DNA of 64,000 nt from Candidatus Poribacteria bacterium (lineage in GTDB: Bacteria; Poribacteria; WGA-4E; JAJDTR01): contig CBDDPW010000007.1 of the NCBI GenBank assembly GCA_965232535.1, forward strand, positions 199,662 through 263,661. Reading direction: 5' to 3'. How positions within the stretch are numbered: the first letter of the stretch is position 1; every line of letters begins with the position of its first letter. Positions 10,682 to 21,112 of the stretch are shown here, one piece after another. The notes beneath the pieces are model-generated. The model made no database searches and was not told where the DNA came from. It worked only from the letters and a program-made list of their open reading frames with translations. A program made the position numbers and the translations under genes.

Positions 10682-11092
10682 TCACAGTCCTTTTTCTGCC
10701 TTTACCACTTTTCCGCTTCCGTCGGCAATTAGCGTTCCATCTTCCAACGTGATGTCCGCAGTAGCTTCGATAAGTCTCTTAGTGTTCCTAACCCGTTTTG
10801 CGTTGACGATCAGCTTTTTCCCCGTGGGTGCAGGGCTCTTGAATCGAATCTCAAGTTGGGCGGTCACAGCCGGGCAATCGAAACTGGCAATCCCGACGTA
10901 AGTAATTGCTTCATCCAATAGAGTGCTGAGTATCCCGCCGTGCATCACGCTCGCCCATCCTTGGAAGTGATCGGGCGGCGCACACACAATCTCTACAGTT
11001 GCACCATCTGGCGCGATGTTTGGCGTAACTTGCAAGCCGAATGGGTTTTGCTTCCCACAAACAAAGCAACGATCGTTATTTTCAATTTCCAT
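10682..11092 (-). CDS. PaaI-family hotdog-fold thioesterase
   Basis: 136 aa with 'CFVCGKQNPFGLQ' and 'HGGILSTLLDEA', typical of the PaaI/YbgC-like hotdog fold. Confidence 0.7.
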   Translation of the reverse strand: MEIENNDRCFVCGKQNPFGLQVTPNIAPDGATVEIVCAPPDHFQGWASVMHGGILSTLLDEAITYVGIASFDCPAVTAQLEIRFKSPAPTGKKLIVNAKRVRNTKRLIEATADITLEDGTLIADGSGKVVKAEKGL

Positions 11093-11146
11093 TTGATGCG
11101 TCCTGTATTTGGCAACCCCATGTTGAATCTAGATAGTGGATTTTAC

Positions 11147-13792
11147 TTATTCTAGCATATTGAGATTTGACTCTAGTTTTTCCTTCTCCGATTCAAACCT
11201 TTCAAGCAAATCCTGTTTCTGCATCACGACTGTCTTGGGCGCACGTTCAATAAATTTCGGATTATCAAGTGTTCTTCTTGCGGCAGCCAAATCAGCAGTC
11301 AATTTACTGAGGCGTTTCTCTAGACGATTTCTTTCTGCGCCAATGTCAATCACCCCAGCCAGCGGGACATAAAGAGTTAAATCCCCCACTATCGCCGTGG
11401 CGCAAGCAGCTGGTTTCTCCAGCGATTCGGCAATTGAAACACTTGAGATTCTCGTGAATGAAGGAAGGTAATCTTCAAGATGCGTTTCAAGCAGATTACG
11501 ATTTTTGGCGCTAGGGGCTTTAATAAGAATTTCGACCTCGCTGGATGGAGCCACATTCATCTCGCCGCGAATGCTGCGAATACTCTCAATAACATTCATA
11601 ATCGTCTGCATTGCGTTTTCCGACTCCGGGTCATCCCATGCGGGATTCGGCTCGGGCCATGGTGCAACCATGATACTGTCTCCCTCATGCGGCAAGCGTT
11701 GCCAAATCTCTTCCGTAAGGAACGGCATGATGGGATGCAACAAACGCATCGTGCGTTCGAGAATATCGGATGCAACCGACTGAACCGTCTGCTTGGAATT
11801 TGAATCGTCGGTATAGTATAACCGTTGCTTAATCAGCTCGATATACCAATCACAGAACTCGTGCCAGAGAAACTCGTAGAGAGCATGCGCCGCATCGCTG
11901 AAACGGTATTCGTCAAGACACGCTGTCACGTTCTTGGCCGTGGCATTGAAACGACTCCGAATCCAGCGATCACATAGGTACAGATAATCGTTAGAAATCG
12001 TAGTTCTAGACGGGTCGAAATTGTCGAGATTCATCAGCAGGAATCGTGAGGCATTCCAAATTTTGTTGGCGAATCGCTTTCCCGCCTCAATTTGTGATTC
12101 TGGCAGCGGCATGTACGGATTTGGAAGCGTGCAAAATACCAGAGCGAAGCGAAATGCATCAGCACCGTACTTATAGATTGTATCAATCGGATCGATAGTG
12201 TTGCCGCGGGATTTGCTCATTTTCTGCCCCTGTTCATCGGCAACGAGGGCGTGAATATAGACCTTCCGAAACGGAACTTCACCGTGGCACTTCAAGCCGA
12301 GCATAATCATTCGTGCCACCCAGAAGAAGAGAATGTCCCAACCGGTAACCAGTACGGAGGTCGGGTAAAATGACTTTAGGAGGGGAGTTGATTTGGGCCA
12401 ACCCATTGTAGAAAACGGCCATAGCCCGGAGCTGAACCATGTGTCCAATACATCTTCTTCCTGGTGCAAGTTTTGAGAACCGCAGGTGCACTCCAAAGGC
12501 GTTTCGACCGCGGCAATGACCTCATCGCAATCATCGCAATACCAAATTGGGAGTCGGTGCCCCCACCAGCGCTGACGCGAAACTGGCCACGGCAGAATGT
12601 TTTCCATCCAGTGATAAAAACGTTTCTCTTCGCGTTCGGGAATAAATACAACCTCGCCATTTCGGACGGCTTCAATTGCCCGTTCCGCGAGCGGTTTCAC
12701 GTTGATGAACCACTGCGGTGAAAGGTATGGCTCGACGATAGCCCCGCAACGATCATGATGTCCAACCGAATGGGAGTGTGGAACGACCTTCATGAGTAAA
12801 CCGCTATCCCGTAAATCTTCAATCAATGCTGAGCGACAGTCAAATCTGTCCATTCCGTGATATTTCGAGCCTGCAGATTTATTAAGAGTTCCATCGGGAT
12901 CGAAGATATTGATTTGAGGAAGGTCGTGTCTAAGACCGAGTTCGTAATCATTGGGATCGTGGGCAGGAGTCACTTTGAGCGCGCCCGTCCCAAATTCTCG
13001 GTCCACAAATTCATCTGCAATGACGGGAATTTCTCGCTGAACAATCGGCAAAATCACTGTTTTGCCAATGACATGCTGATACCGATTGTCCTCCGGGTGA
13101 ACCGCAACTGCCGTATCACCAAGCATTGTCTCCGGACGAGTTGTGGCAATTTCCAAATACTCCGACGAACCCTTGATCGGATACTTAATGTGATAAAAAC
13201 TGCCGTCTATCTCAATCGATTCGACCTCCAAATCGGAAATGACGGTTTGGCAGTCGGGACACCAGTTTGCCAAGTAAGTATCGCGATACACCAACCCATC
13301 GTCATAGAGCTTGACGAACGCCGTTCGAACGGCTTCGGACAAACCTTCATCTAGCGTGAAACGCTCGCGTTCCCAATCGCAAGAGCAGCCAATTTGGCGC
13401 AACTGTTCAATGATTGTCCCGCGCGATTCATTCTTCCAGTTCCACATTCGGTTGATAAACTCTTCGCGTCCAAGAGCTTCTCGAGAGGTTCCCGAATCCG
13501 CCAGTTTCTGCTCCATGATAATCTCGGTCACGATTCCCGCATGATCGGTGCCCGGCATCCAAAGAACATTGTAACCTTGCATCCGTTTCCAGCGAATCAG
13601 TACATCTTGCAGTGTGTTGTCGAGAGCGTGCCCCACGTGAAGATTACCAGTGATGTTGGGAGGAGGAATTACGATCGAGAACGATGGCTTGTCGGAGGTA
13701 TCGACGGCGTGGAAGTAGTCTTTCTCCAACCAGAACTGATACCATTTTGACTCGATTTCCTGCGGAGAATAGGTTTTTGGGATATCCGTCAT
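11147..13792 (-). CDS. valS: valine--tRNA ligase
   Basis: 881 aa. HIGH-type 'PPNITGNLHVGHAL', 'KMSKSRGN', and a C-terminal coiled coil. Confidence 0.95.
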   Translation of the reverse strand: MTDIPKTYSPQEIESKWYQFWLEKDYFHAVDTSDKPSFSIVIPPPNITGNLHVGHALDNTLQDVLIRWKRMQGYNVLWMPGTDHAGIVTEIIMEQKLADSGTSREALGREEFINRMWNWKNESRGTIIEQLRQIGCSCDWERERFTLDEGLSEAVRTAFVKLYDDGLVYRDTYLANWCPDCQTVISDLEVESIEIDGSFYHIKYPIKGSSEYLEIATTRPETMLGDTAVAVHPEDNRYQHVIGKTVILPIVQREIPVIADEFVDREFGTGALKVTPAHDPNDYELGLRHDLPQINIFDPDGTLNKSAGSKYHGMDRFDCRSALIEDLRDSGLLMKVVPHSHSVGHHDRCGAIVEPYLSPQWFINVKPLAERAIEAVRNGEVVFIPEREEKRFYHWMENILPWPVSRQRWWGHRLPIWYCDDCDEVIAAVETPLECTCGSQNLHQEEDVLDTWFSSGLWPFSTMGWPKSTPLLKSFYPTSVLVTGWDILFFWVARMIMLGLKCHGEVPFRKVYIHALVADEQGQKMSKSRGNTIDPIDTIYKYGADAFRFALVFCTLPNPYMPLPESQIEAGKRFANKIWNASRFLLMNLDNFDPSRTTISNDYLYLCDRWIRSRFNATAKNVTACLDEYRFSDAAHALYEFLWHEFCDWYIELIKQRLYYTDDSNSKQTVQSVASDILERTMRLLHPIMPFLTEEIWQRLPHEGDSIMVAPWPEPNPAWDDPESENAMQTIMNVIESIRSIRGEMNVAPSSEVEILIKAPSAKNRNLLETHLEDYLPSFTRISSVSIAESLEKPAACATAIVGDLTLYVPLAGVIDIGAERNRLEKRLSKLTADLAAARRTLDNPKFIERAPKTVVMQKQDLLERFESEKEKLESNLNMLE

Positions 13793-13902
13793 CAGCGGGT
13801 TTGATGCCTCCTATCGGTGAACGATAACATAGCGATTATTGAATCGATTGGTCCGGGCAGTGGTCTTAATTCGGTCGGCGTATTTCCATTTTAACATCTT
13901 AA

Positions 13903-15675
13903 TCAGACCCAGTTCAACAATTCCGGGAATCGGTCCATGGCGTTGCGCCAAATATAGGTTTCAATCTCTCCTGCAGTGGAAAGTTTCATGATTTCGACGA
14001 CCAAGTGTTGCGCGTCTTGCTGGGAAATCGAACTTATGATCTTTTTGATCTCGGGAATTACCGCCGGGCTCATGCTGAGCTGTTCGACTCCCATGCCTAC
14101 AAGTAGGATGCTCAACACAGGATCGCCCGCCATCTCCCCACAAACAGTAATGTCGATTCCCGCGTCTACCGCAACACGAATGACATTTTGAATCAAGCGA
14201 AGGACGGCCGGATGCAGAGGTTCGTAAAGCGGCAGGGTTTCCTCGTTACGCCGATCGATCGCTATCGTGTACTGAATGAGGTCATTTGTCCCGATACTGA
14301 AGAAGTCGACTTCTTTGGAAAGAAGATCGGCGCTAAGCGCTGCGGCGGGTAGTTCAATCATCGCGCCGATTTTGACCGTTGAATCAAAAGGGATTCGCTG
14401 TTCTTTCAAAAGTGTCTGCGCTTTCTCAAGATGCCATTTCGCCTCACGCAATTCGTCTAAGCCGGAAATCATGGGAAACATAATCTTGACGTTTCCGTAT
14501 TCGCTGGCCCTCAGAATGGCGCGTAGTTGATTCATAAAGATATCGGGATATTTCAAGCAAAGACGAATTGAACGCAAACCCATCAAAGAATCCATGCTGC
14601 CCCCAAGATTAAGATGTGGGACCAGTTTATCGCCGCCAATGTCAAGTGTGCGAATTATTACGGTCTCCGGACTCACCTGTTCCACCATGTATCGGTAGTC
14701 TTCAAACAATTCATCCTCTGAAGGCAGGTCCTCTCGGTCCATATAAAAGTACTCCGTTCGATACAATCCAACGCCCTTGGCACCATATTTCCGAATCAGC
14801 TCAATCTCCTCAAGAAATTCAATGTTAGCGGCAATCTCAATCTGTCTGCCATCAGTCGTTTGAACATCAACCGTGCGAAGCGCGGAAAGATCTGCCTCAA
14901 CCTTATAACTCTTTTCCCGTTCAATCCGGTACTCGTTAATCTGTTCTTCGTCCGGCCACATAATGATGCGCCCGTGTGTACCATCAACGACCATCTGATC
15001 GCCGCTTTCGGCTTTTGTGATAGCGGATCCAACCCCCACAACAGCGGGAATGCCCAATGAGCGTGCCAAGATTGCCGTATGAGAAACACGTGTGCCGGCT
15101 TCTGTTACAAATGCAAGAACCTTGCTTTTGCGCATTAACACGGTATCTGAAGGCGTAAGATTGTGTGCGACAACAATAACTTCGTTTTCTCGATTGAAGA
15201 GGTCCAATCGTTCTTCGCCCATCAAGAGGGATACAATCTGCTGCACGAGATCGTTTAGGTCCACGGACCTCTCACGAAAATAGGGATTTTCTGATTGAGA
15301 GAAGACAACCATGAATTCAGCTCCGACATCCGCAACAGCAGCTTCCGCGTTGACGTGGTGGGTTGCTATGTGGCTTCGAATGCGCTCAACCATCGTTGGA
15401 TCTTCAAGCATCATGATATGCGCTTGAAAAATGTCCGCACCATCGCGATGCTCATCCAAGTGAAGACGCTCACGAATTGCCCGCAGGTCCTTTTTTACCC
15501 GCTTTACGGCATGGAGAAAGCGGTGTATTTCAGCCGGAACTCCGTTGGCAGGGATGCTATGGCGAGGGATGTCCACGCGGTCGTAAATGCGGAAGACTTC
15601 TCCGATAACGACACCGGGTGAAGCTGCAAGTCCAGAAAGGACGGTAGGATTGCCTTCTGTTGATTGGGGTGTCAT
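13903..15675 (-). CDS. ptsI: phosphoenolpyruvate--protein phosphotransferase (PTS Enzyme I)
   Basis: 590 aa. Phospho-histidine region 'GTRVSHTAILARSLGIPAV' and PEP-utilising C-terminal 'GLYRTEYFY...FFSIGTNDLIQY'. No N-terminal GAF domain. Confidence 0.9.
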   Translation of the reverse strand: MTPQSTEGNPTVLSGLAASPGVVIGEVFRIYDRVDIPRHSIPANGVPAEIHRFLHAVKRVKKDLRAIRERLHLDEHRDGADIFQAHIMMLEDPTMVERIRSHIATHHVNAEAAVADVGAEFMVVFSQSENPYFRERSVDLNDLVQQIVSLLMGEERLDLFNRENEVIVVAHNLTPSDTVLMRKSKVLAFVTEAGTRVSHTAILARSLGIPAVVGVGSAITKAESGDQMVVDGTHGRIIMWPDEEQINEYRIEREKSYKVEADLSALRTVDVQTTDGRQIEIAANIEFLEEIELIRKYGAKGVGLYRTEYFYMDREDLPSEDELFEDYRYMVEQVSPETVIIRTLDIGGDKLVPHLNLGGSMDSLMGLRSIRLCLKYPDIFMNQLRAILRASEYGNVKIMFPMISGLDELREAKWHLEKAQTLLKEQRIPFDSTVKIGAMIELPAAALSADLLSKEVDFFSIGTNDLIQYTIAIDRRNEETLPLYEPLHPAVLRLIQNVIRVAVDAGIDITVCGEMAGDPVLSILLVGMGVEQLSMSPAVIPEIKKIISSISQQDAQHLVVEIMKLSTAGEIETYIWRNAMDRFPELLNWV

Positions 15676-15890
15676 AGACTATAAGCAGGGGGAAACATCA
15701 GTCGTTGGCTGAAAAGGGTTTGGGACTATATCGGGATGGTATTATGCGTTACCGATGGATGTCGAATCCAAAATACGCTTAAGGTATTGCCATAGGTGGC
15801 TTAGTTCCGGAGATTGCGGCTCGCATCCAATGGCCAATTGCGGTTTGATTTCAATTCGAATCGGAATTCAACGAACCAAGGGTAGGACAA

Positions 15891-16157
15891 TCATGTTTCA
15901 TTAAATCCACTTTCAATCAGCGCCGTCAGTTCTTCAATAGCTTCCTCTTCATCGGTGCCGTCGGTCGTAATTGTCAGCTCTGTTCCTTCACCTGCCGCCA
16001 ACATCATTATGCCCATTATGCTCTTTGCATTCACCTTCATCAAACCCTTTTGGAGATAAATGTTAGACACAAAGCGACTCGACGTTTGAGCAAACATTCC
16101 GGCTGTCCGCAAATGTAAACCGAGTGAATTCCTAACAGTTACCATTTTTTCGCGCAT
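15891..16157 (-). CDS. ptsH: phosphocarrier protein HPr
   Basis: Starting at the ATG at 16157 (MREKMVTVRNSLGLH...) places His at position 15 and Ser at 46 ('NAKSIMGIM'), the canonical HPr phosphosites. The ORF-track TTG start at 16163 is therefore less likely. Confidence 0.85.
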   Translation of the reverse strand: MREKMVTVRNSLGLHLRTAGMFAQTSSRFVSNIYLQKGLMKVNAKSIMGIMMLAAGEGTELTITTDGTDEEEAIEELTALIESGFNET

Positions 16158-16351
16158 AAACAAACTCTAATGAATCTCTAGGAATCAGAGATGTCCATCA
16201 TCTATGAACTTGTCAATTCCTGTTACATCTTCCTGGTAGTTTCGACTGCGACCAAGTTAGGCGAGAATTTGGAGGAGAACCACGCGTAAGATAGCGGCTG
16301 TCCTGGACGCGTAAAATCATCTCGCGATATTCCAGTATTGAGTCGGAATTG

Positions 16352-16753
16352 TCAAACTCCAGACGAATCCAATCCACAATCAATGATACCCGCTCTGCCG
16401 CTTTCACACGCGGATGCTGCAAGAGCATTGAGGTCGAGGTTGGATCGGTGTGTGAGCACTTTCAACAGCATCGGCAAATTTAAGCCGGTAACAACACGAA
16501 CCCCATTACCGCGAAACAGGGAAAGACTAATTTGACAATCACTCTCTCCAAAAATTCCGGCAAGAATCAGCACACCGTCCTGTTGCTGAACACGAGATAC
16601 GGCTTGTGTAAGGTGTTCCAAGATTTCCTCTTTGCCCTCTTGTGGCATAACATCTACCGCAACGACCGCTTCTTGCTTGCCAAGAACGCTTTCCGCTACA
16701 TCCAAAAACGTGGTTGCTAGTTTTCCGTGAGTGGTAATTACGATACTAACCAT
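16352..16753 (-). CDS. PTS EIIA component, mannose/fructose family
   Basis: 133 aa with N-terminal 'MVSIVITTHGKLA' (His10-type phosphosite of EIIA-Man). Confidence 0.75.
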   Translation of the reverse strand: MVSIVITTHGKLATTFLDVAESVLGKQEAVVAVDVMPQEGKEEILEHLTQAVSRVQQQDGVLILAGIFGESDCQISLSLFRGNGVRVVTGLNLPMLLKVLTHRSNLDLNALAASACESGRAGIIDCGLDSSGV

Positions 16754-16853
16754 CGACTCCAGATGTACCGCGGGTAAAGATTTCCTAAACCATGCTGATT
16801 AAAACTAAGGCTGTCTCAATCGTAACTCTTACGGATGCAACTGCGGTAAAGAC

Positions 16854-17867
16854 CTATCGCTTTCCTTCTGACGGATGAACGATTTCGCGATGCAGCGTTT
16901 CATGCCGCCACTGATCGAGTACAGCTTCGTCATTTTTATCCTGTGTCATTTCTACGAGGGCACTATCAAATTCTTTTGCTGCATCCAAGCCCAATTTATC
17001 GCCCCAAAAACTCATGGCAGCAACCTCAATCAGGTTCGCCAAGTTTCTTCCTGGACGCACGGGTATCACGACATGTGGAAGTTTCTCATTATGAAAAACG
17101 TACTCGTCGTCTCTGACGCCAGTTCGATTGTACGCCTTTTTCTTGTCCCAAGGTTCAAGAGTAGTGACAAGTTCAACCTGCTTGCGATCGCCTACCGCCG
17201 TTACGCCGAAGAGTGCGACAACATCAATAATTCCTATTCCCCGAACTTCGATGTAGTGCTTGAATGGTCGAGGACGAATACCGAAGACGCGATGCTCCGA
17301 AACCTTCTTCAGTAGCACGGTATCGTCAGCAATAACCCGATGACCGCTTTGCAAGAGTCCAAGTGTGCATTCGCTCTTGCCGATGCCACTTTGGCCTAAA
17401 ATCAGCACGCCGACGCCGTAAACATCAACTAGATTGCCGTGCACATACTCCGAAGGTCCAAATTCATCTTCAAAAAAAAGGAGCAGGCGCGTGGTGAATG
17501 TGGAGGAAGCAAGGGAAGTTGTCAAAACCGCAATCTGATTTCGATTCGCAAGGTCAATCAACTCTTCCGGGGGACGCAACCCGCTCGTGACAACGATACA
17601 GGGAAGGGGATATGAAAGTAATTGATTTAATACATCGAAACGGGCTGTAGCGGAAAGACTTTCCAAATACCCTACTTCGCCGTGGCCAAAAATTTGAACG
17701 CGATCATACCCGAAATGTTCGAAATAACCACAAAGTGCCAAGCCGGGACGATTGGATTCCGCGGTCTTAATCTGCGTATCTAACCCGGTCTCGCCAGCCG
17801 CGACATCCGTTTGTAGTTCATACCCCGCATATTTGATTAAATTCCGTACTGTTACATGCTGTTCCAT
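16854..17867 (-). CDS. hprK: HPr kinase/phosphorylase
   Basis: 337 aa with P-loop 'GQSGIGKSECTLGL' and 'IEVRGIGIIDV'. Confidence 0.9.
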   Translation of the reverse strand: MEQHVTVRNLIKYAGYELQTDVAAGETGLDTQIKTAESNRPGLALCGYFEHFGYDRVQIFGHGEVGYLESLSATARFDVLNQLLSYPLPCIVVTSGLRPPEELIDLANRNQIAVLTTSLASSTFTTRLLLFFEDEFGPSEYVHGNLVDVYGVGVLILGQSGIGKSECTLGLLQSGHRVIADDTVLLKKVSEHRVFGIRPRPFKHYIEVRGIGIIDVVALFGVTAVGDRKQVELVTTLEPWDKKKAYNRTGVRDDEYVFHNEKLPHVVIPVRPGRNLANLIEVAAMSFWGDKLGLDAAKEFDSALVEMTQDKNDEAVLDQWRHETLHREIVHPSEGKR

Positions 17868-17885
17868 CGAAGCGATTCCAGAAGA

Positions 17886-18455
17886 TTATGAAAATTCGGG
17901 TTCCACCCACCCGAATTCCCCACCATCTGTTTCGTAGAGGAGATTTACTTGTGATGTTTCTGCGTTCACAAATAGTAGTAGCGAATCTTCGGAAAACTGC
18001 AACTGCATAGCAGCGTCCTCAACCGTGAGTGGTTTGGATGCAAATTTATCTGCAACCTTTACAATCGGTGCAGATGATGCGGGCGAATCGTCGCTTGCTG
18101 CCGCTGTGGAAGATGTTGCCGCGTGTTCGCTAAATTGGGCAGCGACATCGCGATGTGATTGCCGGTGTCGCCGATCCTTCATACGTTCCTTATGACGTCT
18201 CACTTGTGATTCAACGCGATTTAGGGCTGTATCAAGTGATTCAAAGACATCGTGCGTTTCAATCCGCGCATGAAATGTCGCTTTTCGGGCCAATAAAGTC
18301 AATTCCGTCAAATATCGAGTTTTTTCCTGTTCCATGACGACTTGCAACTCATCAAGAAAGTTGAAAACTCCTTCGAGTTTTTGCGCCCGTTTCTCAACAA
18401 AACTCCGCACGTCATCTGTGATTTGGACGTGACGGCCGGTAAAAGTTATCTGCAT
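17886..18455 (-). CDS. hpf: ribosome hibernation promoting factor (long form)
   Basis: 189 aa. N-terminal 'MQITFTGRHVQITDDVRSFVEKR' is the sigma-54 modulation / RaiA fold. A linker follows, then the C-terminal dimerisation domain ('KPLTVEDAAMQL...LFVN'). Sits directly downstream of rpoN. Confidence 0.85.
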   Translation of the reverse strand: MQITFTGRHVQITDDVRSFVEKRAQKLEGVFNFLDELQVVMEQEKTRYLTELTLLARKATFHARIETHDVFESLDTALNRVESQVRRHKERMKDRRHRQSHRDVAAQFSEHAATSSTAAASDDSPASSAPIVKVADKFASKPLTVEDAAMQLQFSEDSLLLFVNAETSQVNLLYETDGGEFGWVEPEFS

Positions 18456-18528
18456 TTCAGGAACCCCGTTAACTGATTGAGATAATAATCAAATAATTTG
18501 ATGACGACTACAGAGCCAATAACCATTC

Positions 18529-20256
18529 TTACCACGTCTGCTTTCTTTTGCTTGACGAGAGTATATTGAGTTCCTCTCGGTACTTCTGGACTGTACGTCT
18601 AGCAACATGAATTCCTTCTTCTTCTAGTGCATTTGCGATTGCCTGATCGCTGAATGGCTTCGCAGTGTTTTCTCCATCGATCATTTCTTTAATCTTATCC
18701 TTGACTGTCGTTGAGGAAACACTCTCTCCCGAGTCGGTCGGCAAGTCCGTGCTAAAAAAGAACTTGAGCTTATAAATTCCTTGTGGCGTCTCGACATATT
18801 TGTTGGATGTGACCCGACTGACCGTGGATTCATGAACGCCCGCCATTGCCGCAATCTCCTTGAGCGTTAAGGGTTTCAGTCCTGCAGTCCCCTTTTCAAG
18901 AAAATCCGCCTGAATTTTAAAGATGGCATCAGTCACGCTTACGATCGTCCTGCGGCGTTGATTGATACTGCTAATTAAATCAATCGCTGAACTGCGCTGC
19001 TGTTCCAGCCACTTCTTAGTTTCGCCGTCTACCTCTCTTTTCTGCCCGTGCAGCATATTCATATAGACCGGATTCAGTCTCAATCGAGGCATTCCGTCGT
19101 CATTTGTAAGCACATGGTATTCCCCACTGATTTTTTTGATGGAAACCTCAGGGATGATGAGACGAGAGGAGTTATTGCCGTTTCTTAGATACTTACCGGT
19201 AGGGTCTGAATAATAGCGTCCTGGATACGGCGCAAGGCGTCCGATCAACTCCTTCGCTTCAATTACTTCCTCAATGTTCACATCCAGCTGCTGCGCAATT
19301 CGTGGAATCTGATTATTCATGAAGTCTTCAAAGTGGTTCTTGAGGATTGCCTCGGCGACCGGATTGTGTGTTTCGTTCACCATCATTTGAATCAGCATTG
19401 TTTCTGGGACTGTCCGAAACGCGATACCAATCGGTTCAAAATTCACTTGAATATACTTAAGCACTTCCTCCACGTGCTCGACATCACAGTCGACAGCGTC
19501 GGCAATCTCCTCAAACGTGAGATTATAGACTTCCAGTCTGCCATTATCATCTCTTACCGAGTATGTCTGTTTGTTCTCTTTATCGACTATCCTCCAATTG
19601 CCTTCCTCTTCACTTGGTTCAATTGATGAGTTGGGAGACAGCGAAATCTCATCGCTTAATAACTCTTGACGGAGATGACGTTCGAGAACCTTGCGTAAAC
19701 CGTCAGAGAGATTCGTATTATCCAAGTCGTCTTTGTATTTGGAACTCAATACAAAGAGGGGCATCTTCAACTGCCCGTCATCGTTCAAGTTGCCGATAAT
19801 CTGTTCGCCAATCGCTTTTTCAATGTCCGACAACGGTGTTACACTCAGTTGGGCTAGCAAGTATTCTTGCAACGATTGATTACCGGCAACATCGGATTGC
19901 GGTCCATCTTCAATGTCTGCCCGTTGGAATGACGCTTGCTCACTGACGTTCACCATATCATCAAAGGCGGCATCCCAATCGATATCCGGTTCCTTATCTT
20001 CCCGATCCAAACTTTTTTCCGGCTCGTTCCATTCAGTATCCGGATCCAAATCTGTTGTGCCGAGGAGGTCTTCAATCTCGAATTCCTCGGTCTGAATCTC
20101 ATCTTCTTCCAGCAGAGGGTTTTGTTCCAATTGTTGCGTCATGAACTGGTTAAGTTCCAGTTGCGGCATAAGCAGCACCTTGATTGCTTGCTGCAACTTC
20201 GGCGTCATAATGATTTGCTGCTTCAGGGTCGCAACCTGTCTCATTCCAAGGTTCAT
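18529..20256 (-). CDS. rpoN: RNA polymerase sigma-54 factor
   Basis: 575 aa. Gln/Leu-rich region I ('QQIIMTPKLQQAIKVLLMPQLEL'), an acidic region II, HTH 'LTLKEIAAMAGVHESTVSRV', and RpoN box 'ARRTVQKYRE'. Confidence 0.9.
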   Translation of the reverse strand: MNLGMRQVATLKQQIIMTPKLQQAIKVLLMPQLELNQFMTQQLEQNPLLEEDEIQTEEFEIEDLLGTTDLDPDTEWNEPEKSLDREDKEPDIDWDAAFDDMVNVSEQASFQRADIEDGPQSDVAGNQSLQEYLLAQLSVTPLSDIEKAIGEQIIGNLNDDGQLKMPLFVLSSKYKDDLDNTNLSDGLRKVLERHLRQELLSDEISLSPNSSIEPSEEEGNWRIVDKENKQTYSVRDDNGRLEVYNLTFEEIADAVDCDVEHVEEVLKYIQVNFEPIGIAFRTVPETMLIQMMVNETHNPVAEAILKNHFEDFMNNQIPRIAQQLDVNIEEVIEAKELIGRLAPYPGRYYSDPTGKYLRNGNNSSRLIIPEVSIKKISGEYHVLTNDDGMPRLRLNPVYMNMLHGQKREVDGETKKWLEQQRSSAIDLISSINQRRRTIVSVTDAIFKIQADFLEKGTAGLKPLTLKEIAAMAGVHESTVSRVTSNKYVETPQGIYKLKFFFSTDLPTDSGESVSSTTVKDKIKEMIDGENTAKPFSDQAIANALEEEGIHVARRTVQKYREELNILSSSKRKQTW

Positions 20257-20272
20257 GATCTGTTCCTCGAGC

Positions 20273-21025
20273 TCATGGGTTCAAAGGGCCGCTTCTGAGT
20301 TCAAAATGATGTCCGAAGTAGAGATCTCGCGCCAACTCGTTACCGACCAACTCCTCGGGAGTACCGGTAAGCGTGATTTTACCATCAGCAATCAAGTAAG
20401 CTCTATCGACAATTCCAAGCGTTTCTTCCGCATTGTGATCGGTTATCAAGATTCCGAGACCTCGACCGCGCAGATGCAAGATGAGTTGCTGAATATCTTG
20501 TACGGCAATCGGGTCAATTCCCGAAAACGGTTCGTCCAGCAAGATGAAGGAAGGAGACGCCGCCAAGGCTCGCGCAATTTCTGCCCGCCGACATTCGCCG
20601 CCCGAAAGCGTATATGCCTTACGATTCGCCAACTCAGAGATGCCGAGTTCCTCCATGAGTTGTCCTACACGTCGTTTGCGCTTGTCTTTGGGAATATCAA
20701 GCACCTCAAGTATTGACATGAGATTTTGTTCGATCGTCAACTTGCGAAAGATGGATGTTTCCTGCGCGAGGTATCCGATACCAAGCCTGGCTCGTTTATA
20801 CATGGGTAGAAAAGTGATATCTCGATCATCGTAAAAAACTTGGCCTGCGTTTGGTCGAATCAGCCCGACCGTCATGTAGAATGTGGTAGATTTCCCGGCT
20901 CCGTTTGGGCCGAGCAACCCAACTATCTCTCCCGTTTCAACGTCAAGGTCCACCTGATTAACAACAATCGGCCCCGTACGCGAATATCTTTTTACAAGTC
21001 CTCGTGCTCGAAGTCGGCTCGACAT
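20273..21025 (-). CDS. lptB: LPS export ABC transporter ATP-binding protein
   Basis: 250 aa. Walker A 'GPNGAGKST', signature 'LSGGECRR', Walker B 'ILLDEP'. Located between lptA and rpoN. Confidence 0.9.
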   Translation of the reverse strand: MSSRLRARGLVKRYSRTGPIVVNQVDLDVETGEIVGLLGPNGAGKSTTFYMTVGLIRPNAGQVFYDDRDITFLPMYKRARLGIGYLAQETSIFRKLTIEQNLMSILEVLDIPKDKRKRRVGQLMEELGISELANRKAYTLSGGECRRAEIARALAASPSFILLDEPFSGIDPIAVQDIQQLILHLRGRGLGILITDHNAEETLGIVDRAYLIADGKITLTGTPEELVGNELARDLYFGHHFELRSGPLNP

Positions 21026-21112
21026 AGCTGTAATTCCTTAGTTCGTGTGGGGCTTGTTATATGCTGCGTTGCGGCGAAACAAAAACGATCAGTCGCGGCT
21101 AGCCCTCCTTGA

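Noticed and set aside
20141-20716. 191-aa plus-strand ORF opposite rpoN/lptB. Similar long antisense ORFs occur at 44477-45061 opposite glnS, 57554-58171 opposite hsdR, and 12857-13354 opposite valS.
   Set aside because: These are shadow ORFs on the strand opposite strongly supported genes. Their translations are low-complexity (Ser/Arg/Leu-rich) and carry no motifs.
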